DNA from: a virus
Reading direction: 5' to 3' (one strand)
IMG/VR virus record: IMGVR_UViG_3300032073_000008
Span: 46,318-110,317 of that record
Length of the DNA stretch: 64,000 nucleotides
This document shows, in pieces, positions 29,201 to 43,335 of the stretch; the stretch's first letter is position 1, and every line of letters starts with the position of its first letter. A program made the translations under genes and the position numbers. Under the pieces are notes generated by a model that had not been told where the DNA came from, did no database searches, and saw only the letters and a program-made list of their open reading frames with translations.

Positions 29201-30118
29201 TCCATCACCGCCTAAATTAACTAGAGCAGAGTTTGCAGTAAGAGAAAGTGTATTGCCAGATAATGTAATTCCAGTACCACCAACCAAAGCTGTTTTAGAA
29301 ATTTCTATACCAGCTGAAGCATTTACATCTGCATTTACGATCGATCCTGCAGTTATAGAAGCAACACCTTGATTCGTGATTGCAATGTCACCGCTTATAC
29401 TCTTGTTATCAAAACTATCAGTTCCATCATGTATTATAAACTGACCAGAACTTGGACTTGTTATAGTTGTATCAACTAATTCAGCAAGAGCATCTTTGCC
29501 AGCTGATGTCGCATCAACATACGCTTTAATTGATTCTGATGTGGGAACATTTGTATTATTAGCTGAACCAAAACTATCATCATCAATAAAATTTGTTATG
29601 GTTACTGAACCTGTTCCACTGAATCCGTCAGCTTCAAGAGTTCCTGTAACATCAAGAACAGTATTGCTAGTTGCTCTTATCTGCGTTGTGTCAACCCAAT
29701 TAGTATTTGCTGACTCATAAACTAAAAATGCACCATCTTGCGGATCAGTTATCTTTACTTCTGTAACAAAATCAACAGCACCTTCTCTTGTAACTTCTTG
29801 TGTTACTGTTACTTGCCCCTCAGCAAGACGCGACCGTTTGTTTGCATCAGTTGTCAACTCAATATCATATACATAACGACCAGCAGGAAGCGAAGAAGTT
29901 TGTGCTCTAGCCAAAGAGATAGTAACTTCACCTTTCGTTCTATCACCAAATGTCACAGTAAAGTTTGTTGCTGTGTCTGATGTAAATGACTTACGAATTT
30001 GACCAGCAGCACTAAACCCAGTTACATTTTGTACTGTTCCGTCTGTGTTTTTAGCGATAAGTGTTTCAGAAAAATCAGTACCCTGATCTACTGTAAGATT
30101 TAGCTTTTGAGATGCCAT
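26219..30118 (-). CDS. Tail fibre protein (1299 aa)
   Basis: N-terminal baseplate-attachment-like domain (DQGTDF, GQIRKS, GRYVYDIEL), GTTTTVNSTTLTVDDKNIELG, repeated DTLTNKSI motifs. Confidence 0.8.
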   Translation of the reverse strand: MASQKLNLTVDQGTDFSETLIAKNTDGTVQNVTGFSAAGQIRKSFTSDTATNFTVTFGDRTKGEVTISLARAQTSSLPAGRYVYDIELTTDANKRSRLAEGQVTVTQEVTREGAVDFVTEVKITDPQDGAFLVYESANTNWVDTTQIRATSNTVLDVTGTLEADGFSGTGSVTITNFIDDDSFGSANNTNVPTSESIKAYVDATSAGKDALAELVDTTITSPSSGQFIIHDGTDSFDNKSISGDIAITNQGVASITAGSIVNADVNASAGIEISKTALVGGTGITLSGNTLSLTANSALVNLGGDGANTTAILRKDGTFIKNFTAGTGLDLNVDNQFSLSSNAAIINLGYDPSDQARFLRHDGIWSATEQYYGGTGITVTLNSNTDFQEGKDAISLSAGAALTNLGGDNSSGNTVAFLNARGQFTAPIDTDTLYYGGTGIVISDQTGNNVISLETNAALNNLGGAFANNQSSYLFLSANGSFLRPKPIIDAGTGLTLTANTSVFSNNVFSVNTNLSHVVGTGALNSGSISSGFGNIDVGANTVTAGGLDINGNGDVSGNLTVHGDMTVNGTTTTVNSTTLTVDDKNIELGSVTSPSDTTADGGGITLKGSTDKTINWINSTDSWTSSENFELASTKQFRINGNDILSQTQLGSTVLSSSLTSVGTLGSLTVTGPLVQNQISGNIFEVIAPDTGTAVDPIISLHRNSSSPATNDKLGIIKFNGEDSAGNKTEYATIHAEIADPTSDAEYGRLDFGILNNGTVEDPVMTLAPAGILLGSDNDLILGQNGNIQFEGNTTGSSIRTTLYCDDPNTNREIILPNASGTVVLKDSTDTLTNKSIDASQLTGTIDDARIPDVVTSAVQTALTTSTLGGLTMSALGTTTGGAVVFREGTDNGTNAIKLQAPAQVDGAGSFGTLDITFPNAAGTMALTSDLSSFITASSSDTLTNKSIDAGQLTGTIADARIPSGIARDSELSSFITASSSDTLTNKSISGEQINSGTIAAARVATLNQDTTGTAATATLATTVTVTADSTLTDSNLPVVFHDESNGLRDHTGEYGLTYNPSTGFLNSGSLSLISFDTTEGQTENPVLELYRKSGTGLHSASDNDELGAIRFFGINDTANPPSSPAEKIQYGSIYAEIADVSDGTEDGRIRFDAITAGTNAEVLSLEGAGSTFYSDLELSGSLNVSGGITANPTTVVISAANTTYTMEANKKVINTHTGGVNIFKIPSVSTVGQIFTVVNSTTQALTLDKTTNSITLNFASGGSFTALSANSTIASGGVAELVVTGSDTLTIFGGGIS

Positions 30119-35233
<5,115 letters not shown>

Positions 35234-35261
35234 TTATCTCTATTTCTTAAAGTTGGTAAGA

Positions 35262-35480
35262 TTAGCTATCTCTATTTATTAGAATTGATAACATGTTTTT
35301 CATTTCATCCATCTGTTTTTTCATATCATCAATTTCTTTTTTTGTTTTTTCTCGAATATCATTATCAAGAACCCTTTGTTGATGCCTATTGTGTTCCCCA
35401 ATATCATTACAAAATATCGCACCAGTCTCTGGGTCGACTGTTAATTCAGGTCGACCCTCTACAGTATAGACTTCTTTCAT
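35262..35480 (-). CDS. Small conserved hypothetical protein with coiled-coil C-terminus
   Basis: VEGRPELTVDPETGAI..., typical gene following the large structural protein in marine T4-like phages. Confidence 0.65.
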   Translation of the reverse strand: MKEVYTVEGRPELTVDPETGAIFCNDIGEHNRHQQRVLDNDIREKTKKEIDDMKKQMDEMKNMLSILINRDS

Positions 35481-38400
35481 CAGGACACTGGAGTCTTAGA
35501 TGTAAATGTTGTCATATGCTTGATCTCAGGCGTATAATCACGACCAGATCCATCTGGTCTAGTCATTACAATCTTAAATTGCATCCGATCAATACCGCTA
35601 TGAGTAGAATCATCACCAGATCGATATTTAATTTTTCTTGTTGTGAGTAATTCTTTAATAGCATTCGCACCAGCATCAGCAGTATCACCAATAGTAAGGT
35701 AATTGTCATTCGTAGATTTGGGGAATCTATATAATCTCTTTACTACATCATTCTTATCACCAAGTGCCGAGTTTTTCTTGGGAACCGAAGCATAGTTGAC
35801 AAGCTCTGTAAATACCTTATCTTCTAACTCCTCAGAATCATTATTATTTTTGGCACGAACATATACTTTCACTGTACTCTCAGAAGGACAATATAGATTT
35901 AAAACCGCTGTTAGCCTTTCAGCAGCACCACCATCTGGACGGCTTGCTGGTACTACTTTGGAAACATATCTTGCAGTTGCATCACCAGCAGCAAACTGTT
36001 CATTACCAAACGAATTGTTTATTCTCTGAAGCTCAACTCGTGCCGAAATATCATTCAAGGTGAATATGGGTGCTATTCGTTTATCCTCAGATGTGATAGT
36101 TCCTTTAACAATTAGTGACTTAGCAGTTCTGTTTGACTTACTATAAATTTTCTTCTGATATTGAGAAAGCTCAATTTCATTATCACCAACAACTGGCAAG
36201 AAAGAAGAAGCAGTAACACCAGCAGTAGATGTAGTCTTAACACCCCACTCAACCTTTGTATTTTTAGGAGAGAAGTATGGTGTGATCAACTCAATGGAGT
36301 CAAGGTTGACATCAGCAACAGATTGTATAAATGCACTTGTTGCACTATCTTGTGACCTTACCCAGTCACGAGTGTTATCTCCGCCACGGAAACCTAAACC
36401 TGAACCAGCAACAACACCTGTTGATTCATTCAGTCTCAGTCTTCCATAATCATGATTAAAGAAACTCACTATACCAGTCACAGTGTTTGCAGCAAAACCA
36501 CTCGTTGTTCCCAACTCTGTTGTCCCACGATAAACTTTTTGTTCATTATTAGCATTGGCATCTGTCGGGAAATCGCCAAAAGCATCAATACTTAATATGA
36601 CTGGACTTGTGCTCACTATTTTCCTGACTACACCATTTGCATATCCAGTTGGATGTGCATCGAAGGTTTCATCTTTAGCTATTTTACTCTGGAGTATATC
36701 ACCAACAGCAAATGAGTCTGTATTAGCACCTAATGTAAGCAAAGACTGACCACGAACTTTCTCATCCATTTGGAAACCAGTAGTAGCACTTGGCTCACCA
36801 AAAGGTGATACGAAGTTTACATTTAAGAATTCAGTATCAGCATTTGTTAAAACAAATGAAGATGCTGCACCGATGTTATAATCAGCACGCTTAATTTGAA
36901 ACTTCAATGTTTCATTTTTCAACTCAGCCCATTTTTTCCCAGTCGCAGAGCCATATAATTTACCTATACCAGTTGGAGCATATGCAGTCTTATTTGATCT
37001 AAAGTCTTTTTTGCCTTTGACCATAGAAAGCAACTCATAATCACTGCCTTGTTCAGTAGGAATTACAGTAAATGCATATTTCTTACCTGACTGTAAGAAA
37101 GGTCTCTTTGTGAACTTGAATGTTGTAGCTGTATGACCTGTTGTAGAAGATAAGTTTATATTTGCATTCAGTATCTCATCTGATTCATCAATAAGTTTTT
37201 CAGTTGGACCAGCTGGACCACATTCGCGTATTTGTAATTCAACACCAGCACTCGCATCATTTGGTTTCTTAATAAAGAATAAATCTATCTCAGAAAGATA
37301 AATACCATCAATTTTTGTGGCAGGAATTGTGAATACCTGTGACATAAAATCAGGCAATTCTTCTTTTACCTGAGTGGTTGTTACAGATGTTTGAGTATTA
37401 TCAGCAGAGAGTTCTTGTAACCATATACCAGACATCTTTCCGCGAGATTTGTATGAAAATCCATTCTTATTTGTAGAAGCAAAATAGTATTGACCACATC
37501 GTGTTGTTGCTCCATCTTTACCAGAACTTATTCCATTCTTGACTGGTGGTCTAACATCACTCACTTCTAATAAGTGTTTATATCCACGGAACTTCATTGT
37601 TGAATCATTTGGTATTGTAAACCTAAATGATAATCTTCCACCACCATCTGTAACCAGTGTTCGCTTTCCAGGTGAGTTGATATAATGGGTAACATCCCGC
37701 CCATCAAAACGAGCATATACCCTTGTATTTGGTTTTAAACCAGTACAAGTTGCTCTAATCCCAGCGTGTCTTCCGAGATAGTAATCATTTGTTCCGCCTT
37801 TATATTTTGAAACATCAGATGCTTCAGCTAGACCACTGTAATCTTTACCAGCTTTCTTATATGATTCTATCATTTTAGTTACGACTGGATTTTCTACTTT
37901 TACATTAGAATAAACAGCTACATTCTTCTTCAACCCAAATGCTTTTCCGATCTTGCCACCATAACTAACTTTTTTAGTTCCAGTCTGAACTTTTTTCTGC
38001 GTATACTTAGCGGTCAGTCCAGGAATTACAGTCTGTCTTAGAGAACAGTTATTATGATTCAGTTTCATACGACCATTAAATGTTCTAACTGGAGAAGTTG
38101 TCTTTTTGTTAACAAGTGTTCTCTTAGTCGCCATTGGCTGATCGATGAGTGATTTTGCTGTATTACCTAATGTTATCCTTGTACTGTCATCACTCTTATG
38201 TAAGTTTACAGACTGACTATCATCAATTATTAGATCAACATCGTCTAATGTAGCTATTGGTCGAATTGTCTGATTATCGTCAACAAAGTCGCTTGACTGC
38301 ATACTATTAATGTATGTTTGTATAGGTGGTGGGTTTGAGATCACAACCTCTTTTGGTGGCTCTGGTGCAGCAACAGGATCGTCTTCCCTCAACAAAGTGG

Positions 38401-41400
38401 TTTTAAGTGCCTCAATTTCAACACGGTTCAATTCAACTTGAATTTTCGTAGATTCTAAATCAGCGTCTAATTCACGAATGTCTTCCATCGTGTATCGTCT
38501 ATTATTTTCGCCAATGTGATTAACTTGATAATCAAATCTGTCATAATGAATTGCAGCAGTTTGTGACAATGATGGATAAGGTGGAATAACAACTGCACCT
38601 AATGTCATGGAAACTTCATCGTCTTCAGTTGGAACTGCTGGGTTTTCAGATGGTGTTCCAGTTAAAACATCAAAATCGCCATTAGGTCTTAATGTTACTG
38701 TATCTATTCTTGGGAGATAGAATTGGACATCACATTGGAAATTTTCATCTGGTGTGGGCACATAAGAGCCTAAAGAACCATCTACATCAAATGCTGATGG
38801 TTGTGTTGGGTTTGTCGGTGCAGCTGTTGATGTTCCAGTTGATTTTGGTTCACATGTATTTGCTTTTGCTGGTCTGAAATCAATACTGTCTCTTAAATCA
38901 AAATCTATTCCATCAAAAGAAGTGAACACTGGTATTTCTGCAGTCGCCATTTTTCCTGCTGCAGTTGGATCTGAATCATCTATTGGGTATGAATCAACTG
39001 ACATATAACCTATACCAGCAGATCTATTTCTTTTGAACCAGCTGAACTGAACCAGTAAGTCATTACCAGCAACCGTTAAACTGCTATCAGATCTTTTTAT
39101 TAACCTTGAACCATCATAGAAACTTTCTCTCTGACCATTATCCAATTCAAAGTGTGTTGTAACATCAGTAGAAGAAGTTGTAACTTCACTTCCTTCAGCA
39201 CCCATATAAACTTTTTCTAATTTAAATGCGTCTGATACACCAAGAGACCATGGACCAGTGTTTCCTGAAGAGTTTGTTGGATAGTTTGCAGCTGCAGGAT
39301 TAGTGCCACTAGGTTGTGCACTTGTGTCTATATGAATATATTTTGTTTTGTTTAAGTCTTTATTTTCTTGAACTGCACTATCACGCAACATATCATAATA
39401 AACTCTAGCTGCAAATGTTCCAGTGAATGACCCACTGATGTCTAAATCTATTGCATGCTGTGTTGCTGTTGATGTGAATGATCCAATTTGTTGAGTATCA
39501 ATTATAGAACCAGCTTTAAAGACTTTAGTAAGGGCTGTTGAATCACTAATCGTGCCAGTAGAAGGAGTACCACTTGAATGAACTGTTATTACATTAGCAC
39601 TAATTTCAGTTACACGCATTGGTTCTGTAAGACCTGATGCAGCTTGAACATAATCGCCAACAGCAACTTTGCCAACAAATGTACTTTTTCCAGTAATAGC
39701 AAATGTATTACTGCTACTGCTTTTTGTGGCTGTTCCATGTGTTTGGAACAAGTTTATTGTAGCATCAGCTTTAGGTATGATAATTATATTTCTTTCATCA
39801 ACAGATGATAAAGGAGAACCAGTATCATTCATTTTGTTTGAACCGCCAGTCGCTTCACTGGTAGGAGCATTGACTGTAGCTGTTCCGTCAGCAGCAAATG
39901 TCACATCAGTAAAATGTCTAACAACATATTGCGTTTGTACTGTGTTGTCTTCATCTTTCAGAGTTTTTGTACCTATACTCTGGACAGGAAATATCATTTT
40001 ATTTAATGATGGATCATGAACCTTTGCTTCACCATTTTCAAGAACAATATCAGCATATGCATCATCATTACCACCAGTACTAATATAGAGTGCTTTAACA
40101 TCACCTTCAAATGATTTACCAGCATTCATTTTAGCATCAAATCCATAAATTCTAAATTGTGCTGATTGATCACCTGATGTCCCTGAATGCCATTGGAATC
40201 CACGCAGTTTAGCAGTACCTATTTTGTTTCCTAAGCGAGCGTCATTTCCACTACTGAATTTGCGTCTTGCTATACGAGTCTGAGCAGTATCATAAAGATC
40301 TACTTCTACTAATCCTTTATGATTCCATGTACCCACAACATTATTACAAATAACATATTGACCAAATGCTTGACCAATAGTTACAGCACTTCGTGTATCA
40401 AAAGTTGTTGCTTTGTCAATTGTTCTTCGAACTTTGTCTGTGTTTTCAATCCTATAGCCACCAACATAACCTACAGATGGATCTATCTCGACAACTAATT
40501 TATTCGCATCACCGTTTTCTGTAGATCGATAAACACCATTATTAAAATCAGTTCGTAAATGTTCTTCGGTAGATATTTTGAATGGTTCTAGTGCATAGTT
40601 GCCAGATTCTTCATATGTCCTTTTGGCAAGCTCATCGCCAAGACCAGAATATCTTGTATCCATATAATCACGGATAACAAACCCATCTTGCATATCAAGA
40701 AGTGGTATAAATCCAACAGTATTTGCTGTTCCAGTATCAGATAAAGGTCTTGAGGCGATAGTGGGTGATAATTTTAATCTTGATGCACCTGGAGCTGAGA
40801 AGTTTGTTGCTCCTGATGCATTATCCAATAATGATGAATCTTGGTTTGAATCAATGATTACTTCGTTTGTTTCTAAACCAATTCGTGTGTTTGCTGTTGT
40901 GCTGTATTTGATAACAGCCTTACTTTGCTGGTCAACTCTAATAAAATGACCTTTGTGGTAAACAATACCTTCTTGAACATTAGCACCAACACCCTCACCG
41001 CACGCACCACCTTGTGCTTGTGTGATTGTGTTTGCAGCGACAATAAAGGAGCTTGAACTAGAGTTTCTAAAAATTAGCGTTTCATTATTAGCGAATGTTT
41101 TTGTAGTATTATTTGCACCAGAGTTCGTGTAAGATACAAATGCTGTTAAGAAGTTTGGCGTAGCCGATTCAGAACCATCAGCCACATCTAAGAGTTTAGC
41201 AGTAACGCCAGTTGTCTCACCTGTGATAGTGGAGTTAGCTATAACGCCACCTGAGAAAAAGTCTGTTAAGATAAGTGTTCTGTTGTTTGCGTCTTTGTCA
41301 CGAAGTTTTACATATTTCCATGTCTCGGCTGTAGTATCACAACCATTAATAACAGTTCCTTCAACATAAACTGCACTAGCAAATCGTTCAATTTGATTTT

Positions 41401-41536
41401 GCAGTATTGTTTGAATTTGTGTTAATTCTCGTGCTTGTACCGCATATCCTGGACGGAATAAAACACGGTGGAAATTTTTAGTCTCGTCAAAGTCATCAAA
41501 AAACGGACTTTCATTGAGGTTTGTTTCGATTGACAT
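35480..41536 (-). CDS. Very large virion structural protein (DUF4815 / VrlC-like)
   Basis: PFFDDFDETKNFHRVLFRPGYAVQARELTQIQTILQNQI, APGASRLK, LAKRTYEESGNY, DFRP, RRYTMEDI. Confidence 0.85.
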   Translation of the reverse strand: MSIETNLNESPFFDDFDETKNFHRVLFRPGYAVQARELTQIQTILQNQIERFASAVYVEGTVINGCDTTAETWKYVKLRDKDANNRTLILTDFFSGGVIANSTITGETTGVTAKLLDVADGSESATPNFLTAFVSYTNSGANNTTKTFANNETLIFRNSSSSSFIVAANTITQAQGGACGEGVGANVQEGIVYHKGHFIRVDQQSKAVIKYSTTANTRIGLETNEVIIDSNQDSSLLDNASGATNFSAPGASRLKLSPTIASRPLSDTGTANTVGFIPLLDMQDGFVIRDYMDTRYSGLGDELAKRTYEESGNYALEPFKISTEEHLRTDFNNGVYRSTENGDANKLVVEIDPSVGYVGGYRIENTDKVRRTIDKATTFDTRSAVTIGQAFGQYVICNNVVGTWNHKGLVEVDLYDTAQTRIARRKFSSGNDARLGNKIGTAKLRGFQWHSGTSGDQSAQFRIYGFDAKMNAGKSFEGDVKALYISTGGNDDAYADIVLENGEAKVHDPSLNKMIFPVQSIGTKTLKDEDNTVQTQYVVRHFTDVTFAADGTATVNAPTSEATGGSNKMNDTGSPLSSVDERNIIIIPKADATINLFQTHGTATKSSSSNTFAITGKSTFVGKVAVGDYVQAASGLTEPMRVTEISANVITVHSSGTPSTGTISDSTALTKVFKAGSIIDTQQIGSFTSTATQHAIDLDISGSFTGTFAARVYYDMLRDSAVQENKDLNKTKYIHIDTSAQPSGTNPAAANYPTNSSGNTGPWSLGVSDAFKLEKVYMGAEGSEVTTSSTDVTTHFELDNGQRESFYDGSRLIKRSDSSLTVAGNDLLVQFSWFKRNRSAGIGYMSVDSYPIDDSDPTAAGKMATAEIPVFTSFDGIDFDLRDSIDFRPAKANTCEPKSTGTSTAAPTNPTQPSAFDVDGSLGSYVPTPDENFQCDVQFYLPRIDTVTLRPNGDFDVLTGTPSENPAVPTEDDEVSMTLGAVVIPPYPSLSQTAAIHYDRFDYQVNHIGENNRRYTMEDIRELDADLESTKIQVELNRVEIEALKTTLLREDDPVAAPEPPKEVVISNPPPIQTYINSMQSSDFVDDNQTIRPIATLDDVDLIIDDSQSVNLHKSDDSTRITLGNTAKSLIDQPMATKRTLVNKKTTSPVRTFNGRMKLNHNNCSLRQTVIPGLTAKYTQKKVQTGTKKVSYGGKIGKAFGLKKNVAVYSNVKVENPVVTKMIESYKKAGKDYSGLAEASDVSKYKGGTNDYYLGRHAGIRATCTGLKPNTRVYARFDGRDVTHYINSPGKRTLVTDGGGRLSFRFTIPNDSTMKFRGYKHLLEVSDVRPPVKNGISSGKDGATTRCGQYYFASTNKNGFSYKSRGKMSGIWLQELSADNTQTSVTTTQVKEELPDFMSQVFTIPATKIDGIYLSEIDLFFIKKPNDASAGVELQIRECGPAGPTEKLIDESDEILNANINLSSTTGHTATTFKFTKRPFLQSGKKYAFTVIPTEQGSDYELLSMVKGKKDFRSNKTAYAPTGIGKLYGSATGKKWAELKNETLKFQIKRADYNIGAASSFVLTNADTEFLNVNFVSPFGEPSATTGFQMDEKVRGQSLLTLGANTDSFAVGDILQSKIAKDETFDAHPTGYANGVVRKIVSTSPVILSIDAFGDFPTDANANNEQKVYRGTTELGTTSGFAANTVTGIVSFFNHDYGRLRLNESTGVVAGSGLGFRGGDNTRDWVRSQDSATSAFIQSVADVNLDSIELITPYFSPKNTKVEWGVKTTSTAGVTASSFLPVVGDNEIELSQYQKKIYSKSNRTAKSLIVKGTITSEDKRIAPIFTLNDISARVELQRINNSFGNEQFAAGDATARYVSKVVPASRPDGGAAERLTAVLNLYCPSESTVKVYVRAKNNNDSEELEDKVFTELVNYASVPKKNSALGDKNDVVKRLYRFPKSTNDNYLTIGDTADAGANAIKELLTTRKIKYRSGDDSTHSGIDRMQFKIVMTRPDGSGRDYTPEIKHMTTFTSKTPVS

Positions 41537-41547
41537 TTATAATACCC

Positions 41548-43335
41548 TTAGAAATCTAAAATGATTTTAATATCTTCTATTTGATCCAGTGATTTAGTTG
41601 CTGCTGTTATGTTCTCAGTATATAGTATTTTTCCAGACATTGTATTTGCCTCTGGAACCTTAACTTGTTGAACAGTTGCGATTGCTGTATCACTACCAGC
41701 CTTCAATATAACATCGTCTGTAGTAAACGGAATAAAATTACTGTAACTAGAGACATTATTTAGGTATGTTGTAAAGAAGGATGTATCAGCTTGAACTTCA
41801 TCTTCTCTTATAAAAACTATTTGTGCATTTGCAGCTTGCAATGCATTTGCTAGTGCCTCATTCTTTCTTGCAGCTGCACCTAATGTTGTGACGAACTCTA
41901 AAGCACCTAATTCTGCTCTGAGTCTATTTCTTTCATTTGTTATAACATCGCGGACAACTAATTCATTTTGTGGCACATCGCCTTGCATACTATTATATGA
42001 GATTGTCGCTCTAGTTGTTAATCTTAATGTTGATGGACTGTTAGATGTATTTGCTACTGATTCCGTTGTGACAAAATTATTATTTGAATCACATCTTAAT
42101 TTTGGATCTTGAAGAATGCTTATTGTTCTGAATTCAGTATTAGATGGTATGTATCCATTACCATTAGCAGAGATACCTTCAGTTCCTTGAAATTGAACAT
42201 TGAGTGCGATCTTATCACCGCCAAGCTCAGATACTGCATCTGAACCATGTCCACCTTGTGGTGAGATAATAACATTTGCAGTGGCACCAGAGCCATGAAC
42301 ACTATTTGCTGTAATAAGAGCAACAGCTTCAGTGTATTTTGAACCAACACTTATCATTGAAATGTTAGCGACCGCACCTGCTGCATTTAATCTAGTATAT
42401 GCTTGCGCACCAAATCCATCTCCAATTATTGTAACTGTGGGAGAAATTATTGCTTTGGATGTTGTGTCTGGTACTACAGAAAATGCAGTATTAACACTCA
42501 ATCTTCTTGTAGACCCAATATAATCTGTAACTCTTCTTAATTGTCCAGCACCAGTTCCTGACACAATATATACGCTTGATCCATTATAGATATTATCAGA
42601 TGAAGACATATCAATATCAACCGCTCTAGATATTGTCACTGAATCTGATGTGGCACTTGCCACTGTCGCATCTATAACTTCCTCATAGCCAACACCAATT
42701 GTATTCGTTTCTATTACTTGTATTGCACCATCTACTGCTGCGTTTTGAACGGCTAACAACCTATCTGATTCTATCGAGTTATCTGTCGCACTGATTGTTT
42801 TGACTGGCATATGGACAGATGTCATGAACTTATCAGCTTCACCTAATGAAATTGAATACATATATTTCCATGTATATCCATCAGAAGTGGTGAATGGGAT
42901 TATTGAGAATCCCGAAGGCTTTACGGTCGACTGAGCACCTTTATTATTAAATAGACATTTGTAAACATTTAACTGGTCGGTAACAACATAAAATGCAGGT
43001 GTATCTTCATCATACAATGTTGTATTTGTATCTCTATACATAGTATAGACTGTGCCTGAAGCCCAGTCTTTTCTAGGTATAACATGTGAAACACTGCCAG
43101 TATCTATTTTTTTACCACCAATAAAATCTTTTTTAATATTATAATGTTCATGCTCAACATTTTTGGGTGGTGATGGTGGATTAGATTCATCTTGCCATGG
43201 AGTATTTTTTCCAATGCATGCATAAAGTATGATGGATTTTTTATCGGTAGAACCATCACTTGCATTCATAGATGAGATAAACGCTTTTGCGTTTGTTATT
43301 GACATCTCTTTTGTTGGGTGTCTATATGTTGGCAT
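41548..43335 (-). CDS. gp8: Baseplate wedge subunit
   Basis: VIPRKDWASGTVYTMY, VYKCLFN, DGYTWKYMYSI, QIEDIKIILDF. Confidence 0.88.
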   Translation of the reverse strand: MPTYRHPTKEMSITNAKAFISSMNASDGSTDKKSIILYACIGKNTPWQDESNPPSPPKNVEHEHYNIKKDFIGGKKIDTGSVSHVIPRKDWASGTVYTMYRDTNTTLYDEDTPAFYVVTDQLNVYKCLFNNKGAQSTVKPSGFSIIPFTTSDGYTWKYMYSISLGEADKFMTSVHMPVKTISATDNSIESDRLLAVQNAAVDGAIQVIETNTIGVGYEEVIDATVASATSDSVTISRAVDIDMSSSDNIYNGSSVYIVSGTGAGQLRRVTDYIGSTRRLSVNTAFSVVPDTTSKAIISPTVTIIGDGFGAQAYTRLNAAGAVANISMISVGSKYTEAVALITANSVHGSGATANVIISPQGGHGSDAVSELGGDKIALNVQFQGTEGISANGNGYIPSNTEFRTISILQDPKLRCDSNNNFVTTESVANTSNSPSTLRLTTRATISYNSMQGDVPQNELVVRDVITNERNRLRAELGALEFVTTLGAAARKNEALANALQAANAQIVFIREDEVQADTSFFTTYLNNVSSYSNFIPFTTDDVILKAGSDTAIATVQQVKVPEANTMSGKILYTENITAATKSLDQIEDIKIILDF